Shown: positions 1 through 13,610, counted from the whole stretch's first letter. The stretch is DNA of 62,408 nucleotides, filler included, from Circinaria calcarea (GCA_051942165.1; 33 parts of 33 records of this genome joined end to end with filler, not necessarily neighbours in it), one strand, 5' to 3'. Translations and numbers: made by a program. The notes: generated from the letters alone by a model not told the origin.

Positions 1-60
1 TCGGTTTGCCAGCCAATTCTCCATCCATTCCCGCAGGTTTCTAGTTTGCAGATTACCACC

Positions 61-955
61 ATGGCCTGTAGAGAATGTGTTTCAGGTGCGTTGCACGAAG
101 GCACGCCCGTTGGCAAAGTCGAAACCGTTCATGGCCTCCCAACATATATATCTGAACCGCCGTCGGGCCAAAACCCCAAGGGCATCATCGTCATCATCCC
201 CGATGCCTTGGGCTGGACCTTTAACAACAATAGGATACTGGCAGACACATATGCCACGAGGACCAACTCTCGCGTTTACCTCCCCGAGTTTATGGCCGGG
301 AATGCTATGCCTGTTAGTATGTTGGCGAATATGGACACGTTGACGGGTAACGGCTGGATGATTGGGAAGATGTCGGTCGAGTCATCATGTCCGCCGACCT
401 CCTTCACTAATTGTTGGATGTAGCCTACCACTCGTGCGGATCATCGCTAGCTTCCCCCCGTTCCTAATCTACAACCGCTTCGCAGTCACCAAGCCTCGAG
501 TCTACAAATTCTTCCATGACCTCCGGGCTAACGAGGCGGCCTCTCTGCCGGTGGGCGCGGCTGGCTTCTGCTGGGGCGGCAAGTACGTCTTCCTGCTCTG
601 CAGCGATTCCGAAAAGGCTGCCAACGGCAAGAGCCTTGTCGATTGTGGCTTCACCGCACATCCGAGTAACCTCGCTATTCCGGCGGATGCTCAAAACGTC
701 AATCTACCCTTGAGCGTGGCGGTTGGAGATGTGGACTTTGTGATGCTGCTGGCGCAGGTGCAGCAAACGAAAGCCATCCTGGAGGAGAAAGGGAAAGACA
801 AAGACATGCACGAGGTAGTCATAATCCCAGGAGCGAAGCATGGATTCGCTGTGAGAGCGCATCCGGATGACAAGAAGGGCGTCGAGCAAGGTTTGCAAGC
901 CGAAGAACAGGCTGTTCGGTGGTTCACCAAGTGGTTTGAGAAAGCTTCAAAATGA
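61..955 (+). CDS. Dienelactone hydrolase family alpha/beta hydrolase, complete; exons 61-371 and 424-955
   Basis: N-terminal C-x-x-C...HEGTP, nucleophile motif GFCWGG, GDVD and HGF. A GT-AG intron at 372-423 joins the two ORFs in frame. Confidence 0.9.
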
Positions 956-1275
956 AGAATGATCGGATTAGCAACAACAAGCGGGCTGATTAAATCCAAT
1001 GAACGGGAAAACATGGCGGATTGAATATAGTGAAGGATGGTATAGAATCTAAGGTCTTGAACTCATAAAGTCGAAAGCAGCAACAATAACGATATTAGGG
1101 CAAAAACTCAATAAATCATGATAGTGTCTCTAGTCATAACTATATTTAATAGTCTAACCGGTTTGTTCGTGATAGCGTGGTAGAACGATGGTAGATAACA
1201 GCAGGCGAGCTGACCCCATGTGACGTAGGGCTTGTCGCGTCTTTCCGCTCAACCACTTCGGATCAGACCTATACC

Positions 1276-1808
1276 ATGCCTCCCCTATTCCCTTTACGTC
1301 TATTTCGCAATGCCTACTCGGTATCTGTCGCACGTAACGCTCCCCCTTATTTTCAGGCAAGGTCATTTGCATCCAGCCCGCCCCACCTAGCCAAAAACCG
1401 CATCTTCACCTCGTAGGTATAACTTCCCCCTTTCTCGGAAAACAAAAGAGAAACACAACCCCCCCCCCCATATTTTTTGCAAACGCTCACACCTCCGCAA
1501 TCCTCTAGGGTCCGTAACCTCGAAGAATTCAACAACTACCTCCTCCTCTCCGCCACGAACCGTACCGCCTTCATCTCCCTATGGACCGCCTCCTGGTGCC
1601 CTGCGTGCAAAGTGGTCGCGCCGATCATCAGAGACGTGATTGAGAACGAGGGGATCGGGGAAAAAGAGGGAGGGATCAGCTATGCGGAAGTGGAGATTGA
1701 TAGTCCGACGATTGGGGATCTGGCCATGAGATATCTCGTGAGCATTCCTCCTTCTCCCCTTTTCCTCCCCGGCGCCCCCCCCCCCGGCGCGTGTCCACTA
1801 TCACAATC
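1276..1808 (+). CDS. Thioredoxin-like protein with probable mitochondrial presequence, 3' truncated; exons 1276-1412 and 1509-1737
   Basis: WTASWCPAC active-site motif; Arg/Ser-rich N-terminus without acidic residues; in-frame GT-AG intron 1413-1508. Confidence 0.8.
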
Positions 1809-4708
1809 NNNNNNNNNNNNNNNNNNNNNNNNNNNNNNNNNNNNNNNNNNNNTTAATTAATTAANNNNNNNNNNNNNNNNNNNNNNNNNNNNNNNNNNNN
1901 NNNNNNNNTTCAAGGACCGGAAAGTGCTTCTAGTCGCTAGGTAGATAGATGGATGATCTACCCTCGTCCCTCGGATGAAAAGTCGACCGCGTATTAGTGA
2001 TTGGTAGGATGGTAGATTTTTTGGGCGATAGGATGGTGATGCTCTAGGCTGCGGGCGATTTGTCGATTATTTTTGACCATTGGAGTAAATAATCCGGGCC
2101 AGCGCTGGGCTCCTCCCCGAAAATCGATTAGATGGAATAGAGAAGGTGTGAAAATGATGGAGGTAATACAGGGTGGAATGGGCTGTATTGGCTATGATAA
2201 CTACCACTCAATATGTATGGATTTTCAATATGGAACTGCATAGCAGAACACCTCGAATACTAGTTCCTCCACGTAGTGTAGAGCCCCTATTCTTGACAGA
2301 AGGTGTTGAAGGATGAGTAGTGTACTACGGGGCAAATAACAGCCTGTATGTGTGTGCTCTGAATATGGGTTATGCCTTATGGTTCAAAGTTTTGAGTGGA
2401 ATGGATCTGTTGTTTGGTTTGGGGGAGGTGGGGGAAGAAAGCCCCCGCTCTAAATTACACGTCTTTGAATCGAATGACTCTTTTTTCTTTGACCCTTAAA
2501 TCCTTTTTATTTCTCACTCTCCCCATTTCAAGTGTCCCCGATATGGTATTCAACCAAGTGCTCCCCGCTTCGCTGCCTTGGACCTTAATTTTTCTGAATG
2601 CTCCCATCTTTCGAATACAGTTTACCAAAGGGGGAATCTCTAATAGCAAATATTCTAATCGAGATTCAGCCAGCATATGGTAATTAGTACGGGTTGTATT
2701 TCTTGGGGGTTAGGTGGGTGGGGTTTTCTCTTGCTTTAGCGATTCGAAAGCGCGGGCGGGATTTTTGCAGAAGGGGTTGAAGGAATAGAGTGGTCGCTGG
2801 GGAGGTACTTATCCTTCATTGTCCGGGCTATGGACCTGAAAGTTTATGAGACTTCCCAAATCCCCTTGGGTTAATATCAGTCAGGTCATGGTTTCATCTC
2901 GCCTTGTTTGCCTAGCGAATAAAATAGTTTAACCGTAACATAAGAGTCTCCTTCAACAGTGTCCTTCAATAGTACCGGTAAATAGCAACGAAACCAAACA
3001 GTTCCGCAGTACTATTTCTAATTTTAGGGGAGGGGGTTTGTGGTCACAGTTCTGCAGTTTGCACCAGACTTCCAAACGTCCAAAGTTCGGAAAAAATAGT
3101 CCCCCAGGGGGGCAAGGTAAGGGTTGGAAAGGAAAAGGGGGAGGAATTCTCCTGGGTGTATTATCAGGGGAGCCGGAAGCTAGAAGGGGGGGGGACCTGT
3201 TGGAAGTCATAGGGCTTACCGAAGCATGTGTTGCATAGGAGGTCCATGCTCAACTCTCCCTACACACCATAAAAAGCACTTTTCATAGCATAGGTAGTTA
3301 TAAAGTTACACACTCGGATAGCATGAATGCCACCCATACATTACTGCATGCTCAACAGGACCAAGGCACGAGGTTGAAAAAAAGGGCAAACGCAAACTAG
3401 AGACGAAAAATATGGAGTGCGAGGAGGGATATGCCACTTCCCCCCTCCTCCTCCTCCTCCGTCTCTCCCCCCACTTCTTTGCCAAGAAAGAAAAAGAGAA
3501 TTCGGAAAGAGGGGGCAGGAGGTGGGTTTCCTCCGAGTAGATTAGGTTTTTACGAAAAAAGCTATAGAAGAGAAGAGAAGAGAATTTAGAAAAGAAAACC
3601 AAAGATTTTTTCCCCCCCTTCAGAACCAGAACCCGAACCCGAAACCGAAATGGAACATTCATTCTATTTCTCAAAAACTCCCCCCCTAGAAAAGATTTAA
3701 CGCATACCCTTTCCCNNNNNNNNNNNNNNNNNNNNNNNNNNNNNNNNNNNNNNNNNNNNTTAATTAATTAANNNNNNNNNNNNNNNNNNNNNNNNNNNNN
3801 NNNNNNNNNNNNNNNTAGGCTGACACAATGCCAATGGCCTATCTTTAACGGTCAGCATATATGTCTGCAACCGGGCACTGAATGCCACCACCATGCTCTC
3901 CTGTCCCTAACCTATACGACCGTGGCTTGGTATTAGTCCCTCATAGATCCAGCTGACCCTTTACGTATGCGGATTCGGCTTCCTGCCGAAATGCAGTAAC
4001 ACACTTTGAGCGTTAGCCCTGTTCGGGATGGCTCTTAGGATGACTGGAATCGTACGTTCGTGTTTTCCTACATGTAAGCCATCTCCGAGAGGGCTAGAGA
4101 CGCCTTCAGATCCAGTACGGATGGTTTCGATAGACTCGGATGTGTTATTACAATTGTTGGGCCTTGGAACGACTCCAGTGCTTAATATTGTTAGGATTCC
4201 AGCGTGGACACTAGCTCCGAGGGCTTAAGCCCAAAGCCTAATGAGCAGAATGGATGGGTCACTCGGAAAGGTAGGGTTGTAGTTGTAGAAGTGGCGGGGG
4301 CATACGGGAACCCAAGTGTTGGCAGACAGACGCAGAACCGTGGATGTGTAGCGATGGGGTACCAGCCAAAAATAGCGGGCTGCTAATCAACAAATTCATC
4401 CGTCTCTTTTTAATTGATTCCTGCACGCCAGCCTACCAGAATGTCAGAGTTGTTTGAATATCCCTGAACGTTTTCCCTCCCCTTTCGCTCAGCTCTCCTT
4501 CGAGGCGGGTGAGCAGAAATCGTTGCCGATGAGAAACAGTGAGTGCATGGGGGTGCCTCGTACTCGTTACCTATAGGTCAAGTATCTTGAACCGAATAGC
4601 AACACGTCCCAAGATGCTATAGACTGTGATGAGATGTGAATTTTGCATGAGAGGCCCCCCCGAGGTGTACGGTTACTCTCAATAACAACCTTTGCTCCCC
4701 GGCCTATA

Positions 4709-5622
4709 CTACTCATCCCCCATCCCTCCATCTTCCCTCGCAATCTGCGTACTAGTAATCCACTCTTCCATCATCGCCTGGCCCTTTCCGCCAGCTACCT
4801 CCTTTCCCCTCATTGTCCCTTTCCTCTTAACTACCAAACACAGGATCCGTCCATAAATACTAAAGCCCTCGTATGTAGTATTCATCGCCATTTTCTTCTT
4901 ATCGTCTTTTCCCCCTGCTTCTCCACTTTCTGCGGCCATCCGACGCTTTGGCGTCCGCGTCCGCTCGGACTCGTCTTCTCCCTCTGAGGCGTCAGATAGA
5001 AAGAGGCCGCTCTCTTTCCGGATTTCGTCTTCTACATCATGAGCTGCGGGAACGTCTTCAATTCCCATTGTTTCATCCAGGCTCTCCCTCCTTACTGCTA
5101 CAGTTCCATCCTCTACCTCCCCTTCCGCAACTTCCACTGGCTCCTCTCTCGTTCCCGTCATCTTCCCGGTGTTGCTCCCAAGTCTCCCGCGCTTCGTCCC
5201 GGGAAAGTGCTTTTGTTTCTTCAGAATCGAATGCCGACTGCTATGCTCCGTCAAGAAAATCGAAACTTCGAATTCGTCTATCCTCGCAAATTTCAAAATT
5301 AGCATTCGATGTCCATATAACTTTCCCCTCAACCCATCCTATCCTTCCCGAAAAGAAATATACCCTCCTACAGGAACCTACCAGTCCCCACCAAATCCTT
5401 TACCCCCTTCTTCTTCCCTCCTCCGCCCTTCCCTTTCCCTTTCCAGCTAACTCCATTCCTCTCATTCTCCTCGCGTAGTTTAGGTAACACGAGGGGTTTC
5501 ACGGCTTCCAAAACGCGAGGGAGCACGGGGTCGCGGGGGTTGAGGAGCCAACGCGCGCTGTCGGCGGGGTTGTCGAGGTAGATACGCACTTCGAGGACAG
5601 AGTAGGGTGTTATGCGGAGGTA
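4709..5622 (-). CDS. Conserved fungal hypothetical protein, 5' truncated; exons 5622-5382 and 5277-4709
   Basis: Two ORFs joined in frame by a GTAGGT...TAG intron. Motifs LVLPKLREE, FEVSIFL and YEGFSIYGRILCLVVKRK look conserved. Confidence 0.7.
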
Positions 5623-6969
5623 NNNNNNNNNNNNNNNNNNNNNNNNNNNNNNNNNNNNNNNNNNNNTTAATTAATTAANNNNNNNNNNNNNNNNNNNNNN
5701 NNNNNNNNNNNNNNNNNNNNNNGCGTATCGAGGGAATTCTGCGGTGTCTGTGGGGCAATCGTATTCTATCGTGCCCAGGATAGGCCAGACTTGATTGACG
5801 TGAGCATTGGCTTGATGGAGGCCGAGAGCGGTGCACGAGCTGAAGAGTGGTTGGAATGGGCCAGGGATAAGGTCAGCTATGCAGAATTTGCTCAAAACAA
5901 GCCGCTGATCAGCAGTCTGAATGCTGGGTTGAAAGCCTGGGGTCGTATGGGGGTATGAGGGCTTCTGGGGATGATACCATGTAGACTGAATCTAGTTCGG
6001 CTCAATAGGATATATCAATTTTAGTTTTGGGTTAGGGGGCGATTCTCGCCGCGAATGACATGTCATATATACTACCTTCAGATCCAGCTAATCATCCTCT
6101 CATACCAAGGAAGGCCAACCGTGCTTCCTTTCCAGGTCACACACTTCATCTGGAGACAAATATGGAGAAAGAGGATCCCAGGGCAACCGGAGGTGCCATG
6201 AAAATGGTGGATGACCAGACCCACGCATGGCGAGAGTAATAAGAGTAGCACAAGCTGTAATCGTCAGGTGTACAGAAGGAGATGGAGATCGAGTGAAAAT
6301 CTACTAGTTAGATGTTCAATTATTAATTATTTGAGCTGCATATCTGGTTTATGACTGTAACTAGCTAAGAAAAACAGCAGTTATAAGGATAATTCGGGTA
6401 ATCTGACGATAAGTAAGGAAATACTTCCCTATTTTGGCGATATTGGCGGGCCGACATAAAACCCTAAACTTCACCACTTGGAAATTCTTGGAATCGACCG
6501 GGTTTATTAGCTTACCTCGGGCGAAAATGCATTATCCAAATCTGAATCCCGCGACACCATTACAAATTCCCATATTCACAGCTTTTGCGACACCTTCACC
6601 CCACTGGCTTGCGATGACGGAGCACCACTAACGTGGCAGCAGCCTTCTTCTGATGTCCTGTCAGCATACACTGTGCTAGATTGGCTGGAGACGGTTTGAT
6701 AACCTACGCGTGTTTACAGGCAGAGACGTGTGCTGTATCTTTGCACGAGCAGGTAAGCAACGACTTTTGACTACGAGCTGGTCTTCTTCAGTGTCATCAG
6801 CTGTATGTAGCAGTAGTCCTGTGCTCTGGTGGCCTGATGCGCTCAATTGCTACCTTGGCTATGTTTATTTCGGGGCGGCAGGAGCTGGATTAATTGCACC
6901 ACTTCCCTCGGAAAGTTTAGTCTCGAAGGACAAAGGTACTGACTTTCTTGCGTGTACAGAGGAATCGTA

Positions 6970-7528
6970 ATGAGCTCCTATCGGCCATCGTATTCCTATG
7001 ATAAACCGCCACCTGCGCCGTCAGATATGCCTCCTCTTCCTCGTGGTCCCCCTCCTTCGTCCGCCACATACCAATTTGGTGTTGATTCTTACCGGCCAGA
7101 CAATTCAAATGTAGGTCAACATACACGGGGCGAATTTTCCTTTCGAACGGGCGATTCAGCACCTCGATACCCACAAGTCTCGGATCGTTACTCGCCTCCC
7201 CAAACAAATCACCACGCGGCCAATAATCATCGCGGCCCTAATGAAACTGGCGGATCACGCCCGCGGAGCACGCGCCGTGTAGGCAACGGTCCATATAGAG
7301 GAAGGGGAGGCCGTCCATACCAACCTACAGCAGAGCGTCCTTTGTTGAGATTTGAGCGAGGAACGACACCACAGCAGATGCTTGGTATGAACGACGAGCA
7401 ACTGGGAGAAAGTCGGTACTTAGATACCGAAGACCTATCGGATAGTAGTGATGAAGCAATGAACGAGTCTGAGTCTGACGCGGACTCAGGAGCCCGTGCG
7501 CGGTCAAATATGGGAGATGCTAATGGAG
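6970..7528 (+). CDS. N-terminus of a Trf4/Cid14-like non-canonical poly(A) polymerase, 3' truncated
   Basis: EFSFR...TAERPLLRFERGTTP...EDLSDSSDEAM resembles the N-terminus of Pezizomycotina Trf4 as I recall it. The catalytic domain is not in the contig. Confidence 0.5.
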
Positions 7529-9534
7529 NNNNNNNNNNNNNNNNNNNNNNNNNNNNNNNNNNNNNNNNNNNNTTAATTAATTAANNNNNNNNNNNNNNNN
7601 NNNNNNNNNNNNNNNNNNNNNNNNNNNNGGACGGGGGTTAAAAGGACGATCGACGGCGGGAGGAGGAGGAGGAGAAGGAAGAAAGAGGTGGAGAGAGAGA
7701 GGAGGGGAAAGTGGTTGCGGTGAATGTGCATTAGTGAGGCTTTCTCTTGGTTTAGGGAGATTCGATTATATTGAGCTGGGTTTGAACTTGTAGACAGATT
7801 GTAGATAAACGACAACTTTTTGCAGGGATGGTGAAGATGATATTGTAAAACTGGGCGTAGGGATGAGAATATATGACTGAAAGAGATATCTATGGAAATC
7901 ACCGTTTCTGCACTTCCATTCAGAAGCGGCCGCATGGATGGGGCATGGATCCCGATGTTTTATGTTCGTCAGGTCTGTTTCACAAGGTTTGGGGAGGTGG
8001 GATATGGCTTGTATCCGATTTACGGGTCGATGTGCGCATATCGGAGCAGTCGTCCGTGTTAGATTAGCCCTTATGGTTTACGTGGAAAGAGTGAATCTAT
8101 GCATCTTTCGTAACGACGGACTCGAGGAGAAGCAAAGTGAGGTTCGATGGCTCCAATCGGCGAATGGTGGTTCTAGCCGGTTTGGGCTATGGTAACATAC
8201 AGAAAGGGAGGACGTCGGCCCGTCGCCCTCTCTAAGCCAACTCGATCTCCAACAACTGGATCTGCCATATTTGATATATTTCCTTACTTAGTTCTATCCG
8301 AGTAACAGCCATAGCTGCACGTTCATGCTAAGACTGTACTCGCAGCAATAAGATGGACGGGAATTTTGCCAGCTTTCGTTGGCTCTGTGAGAAAGTTGAA
8401 GGGACATTATCAGAGGACCGTCAAGATACAAACGGTCGGTAGGAGCCGCTTATAGGGAAACTACGTCCCAATGAATTGTACTGTATTAAGGCCAGCATGC
8501 CTCCAGCAACGAGATACAGTTCCTTTGACTGCATATAAGACCCTAAAGTGCGCCGCGTTATGGGAGCCGTGATGGGAACGTTAAGCAAGCCAGAACTGCC
8601 CACATGATTATGACTGGCATCAGAGCCGAGAAAGAAGGTTTGTACCTTTACGCAGATGTGACCTTTCAAAATAAAGGACTCAAGAACTGCTGCAGCGGTA
8701 TGATTGCTAAGGCGAGAAAAGAACAACGCCGATCGAACCCCCGCCCTCAACACAATTACCTGATGGTAGAGGTCTATGCAAGAGAGCGATAAAGGACTAA
8801 TCCCTCGATAGAAGCCATTCAAAATGGTTCGACTCTACACTAAAGAATGGCAACCCCGACCGTAATTACTCGCTAAATATTAACCTCTCGATTGGCCGGA
8901 CCCCCCCAATGTTGGTGGTCCCATACCCGAATCCTAGGTTGGAAGGGTCAGTAACTACGGCTGGGGGTAATATGGGGTTGCCAATTTTTTGTCCCCCGCG
9001 TGCCTACTCACCGACTCCAGAGGAACAATCTATCCCAGGCAGGGATGGATAGGGGAACGATATCAACGACTAGACGATACTCTATCCCCGTTCGGGAACG
9101 GAAGTACAGATACCGTTTAGTGGATCTAGGGCAGCCTCACCGGCTCTCGGCAATGTTCTACAAATTAGCGAGTACACAGCGTGGGAGATAAAAAAAATTC
9201 AAACATCTGTTCTAATAATGGAGATAGGAGACGGGGATCGCGGATGGAGATGCAGGTGAGGTAAAGTGATGGGTTGGAAAGCCTCGATAGGGGAAGGAGC
9301 TGGAGAGCTAGATACAGTAGAAAGCTGATCGTCAAGCCTGTTCTAACTCTCGCATCGCTATTATGCCCCTCCGCCTTACCCTTTAAAATCCCTTTCTCCC
9401 TCTTCCCTTCCTCCCCCTTTAAACCCCTTCAAATNNNNNNNNNNNNNNNNNNNNNNNNNNNNNNNNNNNNNNNNNNNNTTAATTAATTAANNNNNNNNNN
9501 NNNNNNNNNNNNNNNNNNNNNNNNNNNNNNNNNN

Positions 9535-10632
9535 TCCGGCACTGCTGAGGGGGTGAACAGAACCATGATCTGGCCGACCCACGAGAAGGAAATTATTGCC
9601 GCCGTGACACCCTTACTCAGGCGGATGGTAACAAATGAACGGCAGCGGCAGTATGCGGTCGAAACGCGCAAGAGCGAGACCGCCCAAGAATGTGGGAAGA
9701 GAAGGAAGCTTAATGATGGCCCGCACAATGCAACACGGCAGGAAGGACCTCAAGCAACACCTGGCACACGTTCTCCTCAGCCACGAATAACTCTGGTAGA
9801 TCATTTCATTAAGATCAACGGAAATGCCTCTGGTATCTCGTGGGATCGCCTTGAGGAATACTGCGCTTCACCCAAATTTGGAAAGCTGAAGTCCTTGGTT
9901 GGCCTCTCAGAGGTTGATTTCACGGCGGTGCTAGGGATTGCCGCCCATGAGACTCAGAAATCACTACGCACTGGAAAGCAAGGCCATCGAGATCTTGACC
10001 CAAAGTGCTATGACGGCACAATCGCGCGCTTATTAGTATCCGGACATCTCGATCCAGGTCAGACAAGTTGGTATAGCACTACTGCAAATGCGACGGAGAC
10101 TGGACAGGCGCTGTATGTAGTGAGCTGAAATCAGGTTTTGACATTAGCTGAGTGATTCTCCAGGGTAAATTCCACAGTCGATAGAATTTTCCACATAGTA
10201 AACGAAGATGTTTCGAAACGTCTTTGCGCCCCATGGAATACAGAAGGGCAGCCTTCTCACCAGAAGAAAGGCCACGAGTGTGAGGGTTCGATTGTGCTGG
10301 ATCAAAATACGTTGCAACACCGAAGGCTCTACCAAGAACCTCCCTCCTGTACTGCAGACGCTGTTCTCGTCCTTCACATCAACATTTTCCGATCAGGGAT
10401 AAGGGTCACTCGTATAGATTTGTCTGCTGATTCTTGCCCTGATCTGAAAACGGTTTTCCGATGCATTATCAAGCATCTGGAAGAAAGTGAATTAGGATTG
10501 TGGAAGGTCCGCATGCTTTTACCAAAAGGGCTTACTATGATCGGTAGTGATCAGGAATGGAGAGAAGGACTCGGAGTGGCGCAAGGCACAAAATGGTTCG
10601 ACGGCGAGATAAAAGTAATTATTGAAATTTAA
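9535..10632 (+). CDS. Fungal hypothetical protein, 5' truncated, probably spliced
   Basis: ORF with WPTHEKEIIAAVTPLLRRMVTNERQRQYAVETRK and a second ORF ending WFDGEIKVIIEI. Exon structure not resolved. Confidence 0.6.
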
Positions 10633-10727
10633 AACCCCTTTCCCGATACCCCGAAACCAAAGAAATAACATTAAAGGGTTTAAATCTAAGCATAACCCGT
10701 TCCGATCCGAATAAAATTCTATTGGAA

Positions 10728-11106
10728 TGTAATGGTGCCATGGATCATGACCAGTACTACGTACACAAGGGGTATTTAAGGGAATGATCCGAGTGATCCC
10801 TTGTGTAACGTATGGGATCAATGGAAGCACTGGTGATCTGAGTGATCCGGTTGATCTGGGTGTGAAGCAGTGGGATCGTAAGGATCACTGCTGTGACCCC
10901 TGTCGGGGAGGAGTATATAGATACAGTCCTTTCCGACGACTTTGACCTGTGAGGTCAAGACCTTACAGTACTTTACATTAAAGAGTTGTATTGTCACTTC
11001 TTACTTGCTAGTAATTGGTATAGAACTCGCGCGCATATCTACGGAGCCCCTTGCCCTATACCAGTGACTAGTTTTGCCTTTGCCTCAGACGCTTAGGGAC
11101 GTAATA
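10728..11106 (+). mobile_element. Solo LTR, family A, 379 bp, 5-bp TSD TGGAA
   Basis: Starts TGTAAT and ends GGGACGTAATA. TGGAA lies at 10723-10727 and 11107-11111. The 3' half is homologous to 39021-39214 and 39592-39781. Confidence 0.9.
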
Positions 11107-11438
11107 TGGAATTGTAACGAAATATAATTTTTCCGCTCGCAACGTATACTATAAAATTCTTCTCACCGCAAAGCGATATCATGTTTTAAATTATACCAAA
11201 CAATTTGATAAATCCTAAAACTATTTCTTAACGCCAATTATTATAATACTCTCCGCCCCTTTTATTATATAATTATAAGGATCCTTTACGAATAATATAA
11301 TAAGTTTACGATAAGAGGCGGTGAATGATGTAATATTANNNNNNNNNNNNNNNNNNNNNNNNNNNNNNNNNNNNNNNNNNNNTTAATTAATTAANNNNNN
11401 NNNNNNNNNNNNNNNNNNNNNNNNNNNNNNNNNNNNNN

Positions 11439-12066
11439 AGAAATGCAAGAATTCGCACACGCGGCACAAATCTTTAAACCCATGACCGGAATGATGGCCA
11501 GCCGTTTCACCTCTAGCACCTCGCATACCCCAGTTCCAACCTCTAGTTCCTCTACCACCCTTTCCTTCGCCTCCCAAGCCTCAGAAGCTGAATCCCAACC
11601 CCTCATCTCCCATCCCAATCACCAAAAGCCCACCGACCCTGCAGAAGAAGCCGCACGTCTAGGCATGTACGGTCCACTCACTCGCTCTACCGTTCCCTTT
11701 TACCCCTCCCGTCTCCTCTGCAAACGCTTTAACATCCAACCACCGGCTCACGTCCAGGTCGACCCTACTTCCTCTTCATCCGCTCAGTCTTCCTCTTCTA
11801 CCGCGGTTTTTGGGAGCCGCTTCCAGTCTAGCGGCTACCAGGCCCCAACGGGTAAGAACCTAGAGTTGGTGGGCAAGAAGGAGATGGAGGAGTTGAGGCG
11901 CGAGAGCGGATTGGATGGCAGAACTGAGGGTGAAGGCACGGGGGCAGGGGCAGGGGAAGGGAGGACGGTGGTGGATCCGGAGAGGAATGAGGTGCTTGAG
12001 GCGGAGAGGCCGGGGGAAGCGGTCTTTCGGGCAATTTTCGGGAGTGAAAGTGAGGGTGAGGGGTGA
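11439..12066 (+). CDS. G-patch domain protein 1 (GPATCH1-like) C-terminus, 5' truncated
   Basis: DPAEEAARLGMYGPLTRS...FYPSRLLCKRFN and the terminal RPGEAVFRAIFGS. Confidence 0.8.
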
Positions 12067-12433
12067 GTTTTTGTATAGGAAAAGGAAACTATTATGCCCA
12101 CGGCAAGTCCCTGAAGGAGGCGACCCCAAAAGTCGACCAAGTTTTACAGTTTGAAATACGCAGAGGATCATACCTAGCCCTGTGGCATCACGAGTCCCAA
12201 GACCTAGAGAAAATTACGAATCGTTTGGTGAAACGCTTCCCTTTCTTTTTCAGTTATTTCGCATTGCTTCTGAATAATCCTCTTCCTCTCCCTCCTGTCG
12301 AAACGGGCTCTTGGATACTTTGTAGAAGACACTTGTAAAGACACTCGTAAAGGGAATGATATTACATGATATGAAATGAAATGAAATGAAAAACCGCTTT
12401 CTCCTCCGCTTGTTCCCCCACCTGGCCCCGATT

Positions 12434-12503
12434 TTCCATATTCCATATTCCATATTCCATATTCCATATTCCATATTCCACATTCCCATATTCCATATTC
12501 CAT
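12434..12503 (+). repeat. (TTCCATA)n heptamer microsatellite, about 10 units
   Basis: Read directly from the sequence. Confidence 0.95.
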
Positions 12504-13610
12504 GTCCAGATATGTCCAGATGTGTCAATTGTCAGATGTCCAGATGTTAAATCTTCAAGATCCAACGTTCCAAGAATCCTCCTTCCCCCCTCCCCCCCAA
12601 ACATTCGCCATTTGCCATTTCCCCGTTTTCCAAAACTATAATAACTAACATTTATATCCATATACTGGGGGCATTGTACGTTGTTTGGCTAGTTAGTTTG
12701 GTTAACTGTGCTGTGCTGTGCTGTGCTTCTTTCTTCCTTTTCCTTCCTCTTGCCCTTCCTCTCCTTTTTCCCTCCGGAGGGAGCCCCGCAACTGATTTGG
12801 TTCGGTTCGGTTAGTGAAGCAGACGCCAAGGGGAGGGGAGAGGAGAGTTTTTTTTGGGGGGAGTTTGCGCGTTGGTAGCCTCTTTCCTCTTTCCCTTCCC
12901 TTCCCTTCCCTTCTCTTCTTTTCCTTTCCTTTCTGGCCTCTAAGATATCCCTAAGGTATCCCTGAGGTGTCCTGAGGGGATCAAAGATAGAGCGATAGGT
13001 GGTAGGAAAGGCGAGCGAGAAAGAAAGACAAAGGCAAAGGACCGAGAGAGAAAGCAACGCAAAGGACCGGGGAGGAGGAACAAGAAGAAGAAGAAGAAGA
13101 AGAAGAAGAAAGAAGGCTAGGGGGGCCTTCCACATCCACCTGTACCTTTTCGCAGCCGGGCGATTCGTTTGATGAAGAAGCGATGACTAGCTTTTTTTTA
13201 AAAAAAGGGAGTGGCCGGGGGGAGGGGGAAGAAAGGAGTNNNNNNNNNNNNNNNNNNNNNNNNNNNNNNNNNNNNNNNNNNNNTTAATTAATTAANNNNN
13301 NNNNNNNNNNNNNNNNNNNNNNNNNNNNNNNNNNNNNNNGTTTAGGGGTTTGTACGGAGGTGGGAAGGGGTTTTTGGAGTTCGAGGTCATGGGTGGGTGG
13401 GATGAGAGATGAATGTAAACAGTACTAAAAGTATTTGCTGATATCCCAGGTTCGAACTATTTCGACGCCTTCTAGGGGACCTTGCTCGTTCAAACGCGGG
13501 GTTTATGGGGCTGCCTTCATCCTTTGGCAATGGTCCAACCGGACTCTGTTATCATTCAATCGACCGGTCCTCAACCGTCCCGGCTTCGTGCGAGACCCCA
13601 TTAATATCAT

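Noticed and set aside
1909..3715. Short ORFs in contig 2 (similarly 7629-9434, 39882-40900 and 41770-43557)
   Set aside because: No recognisable motifs or consistent splice structure; left unannotated.
8815..8840. GGTTCGA T-loop-like word suggesting a tRNA
   Set aside because: No cloverleaf can be formed around it.
12204..12661. ORFs with MEYGIWN repeats
   Set aside because: Translations of the TTCCATA microsatellite in all three frames.
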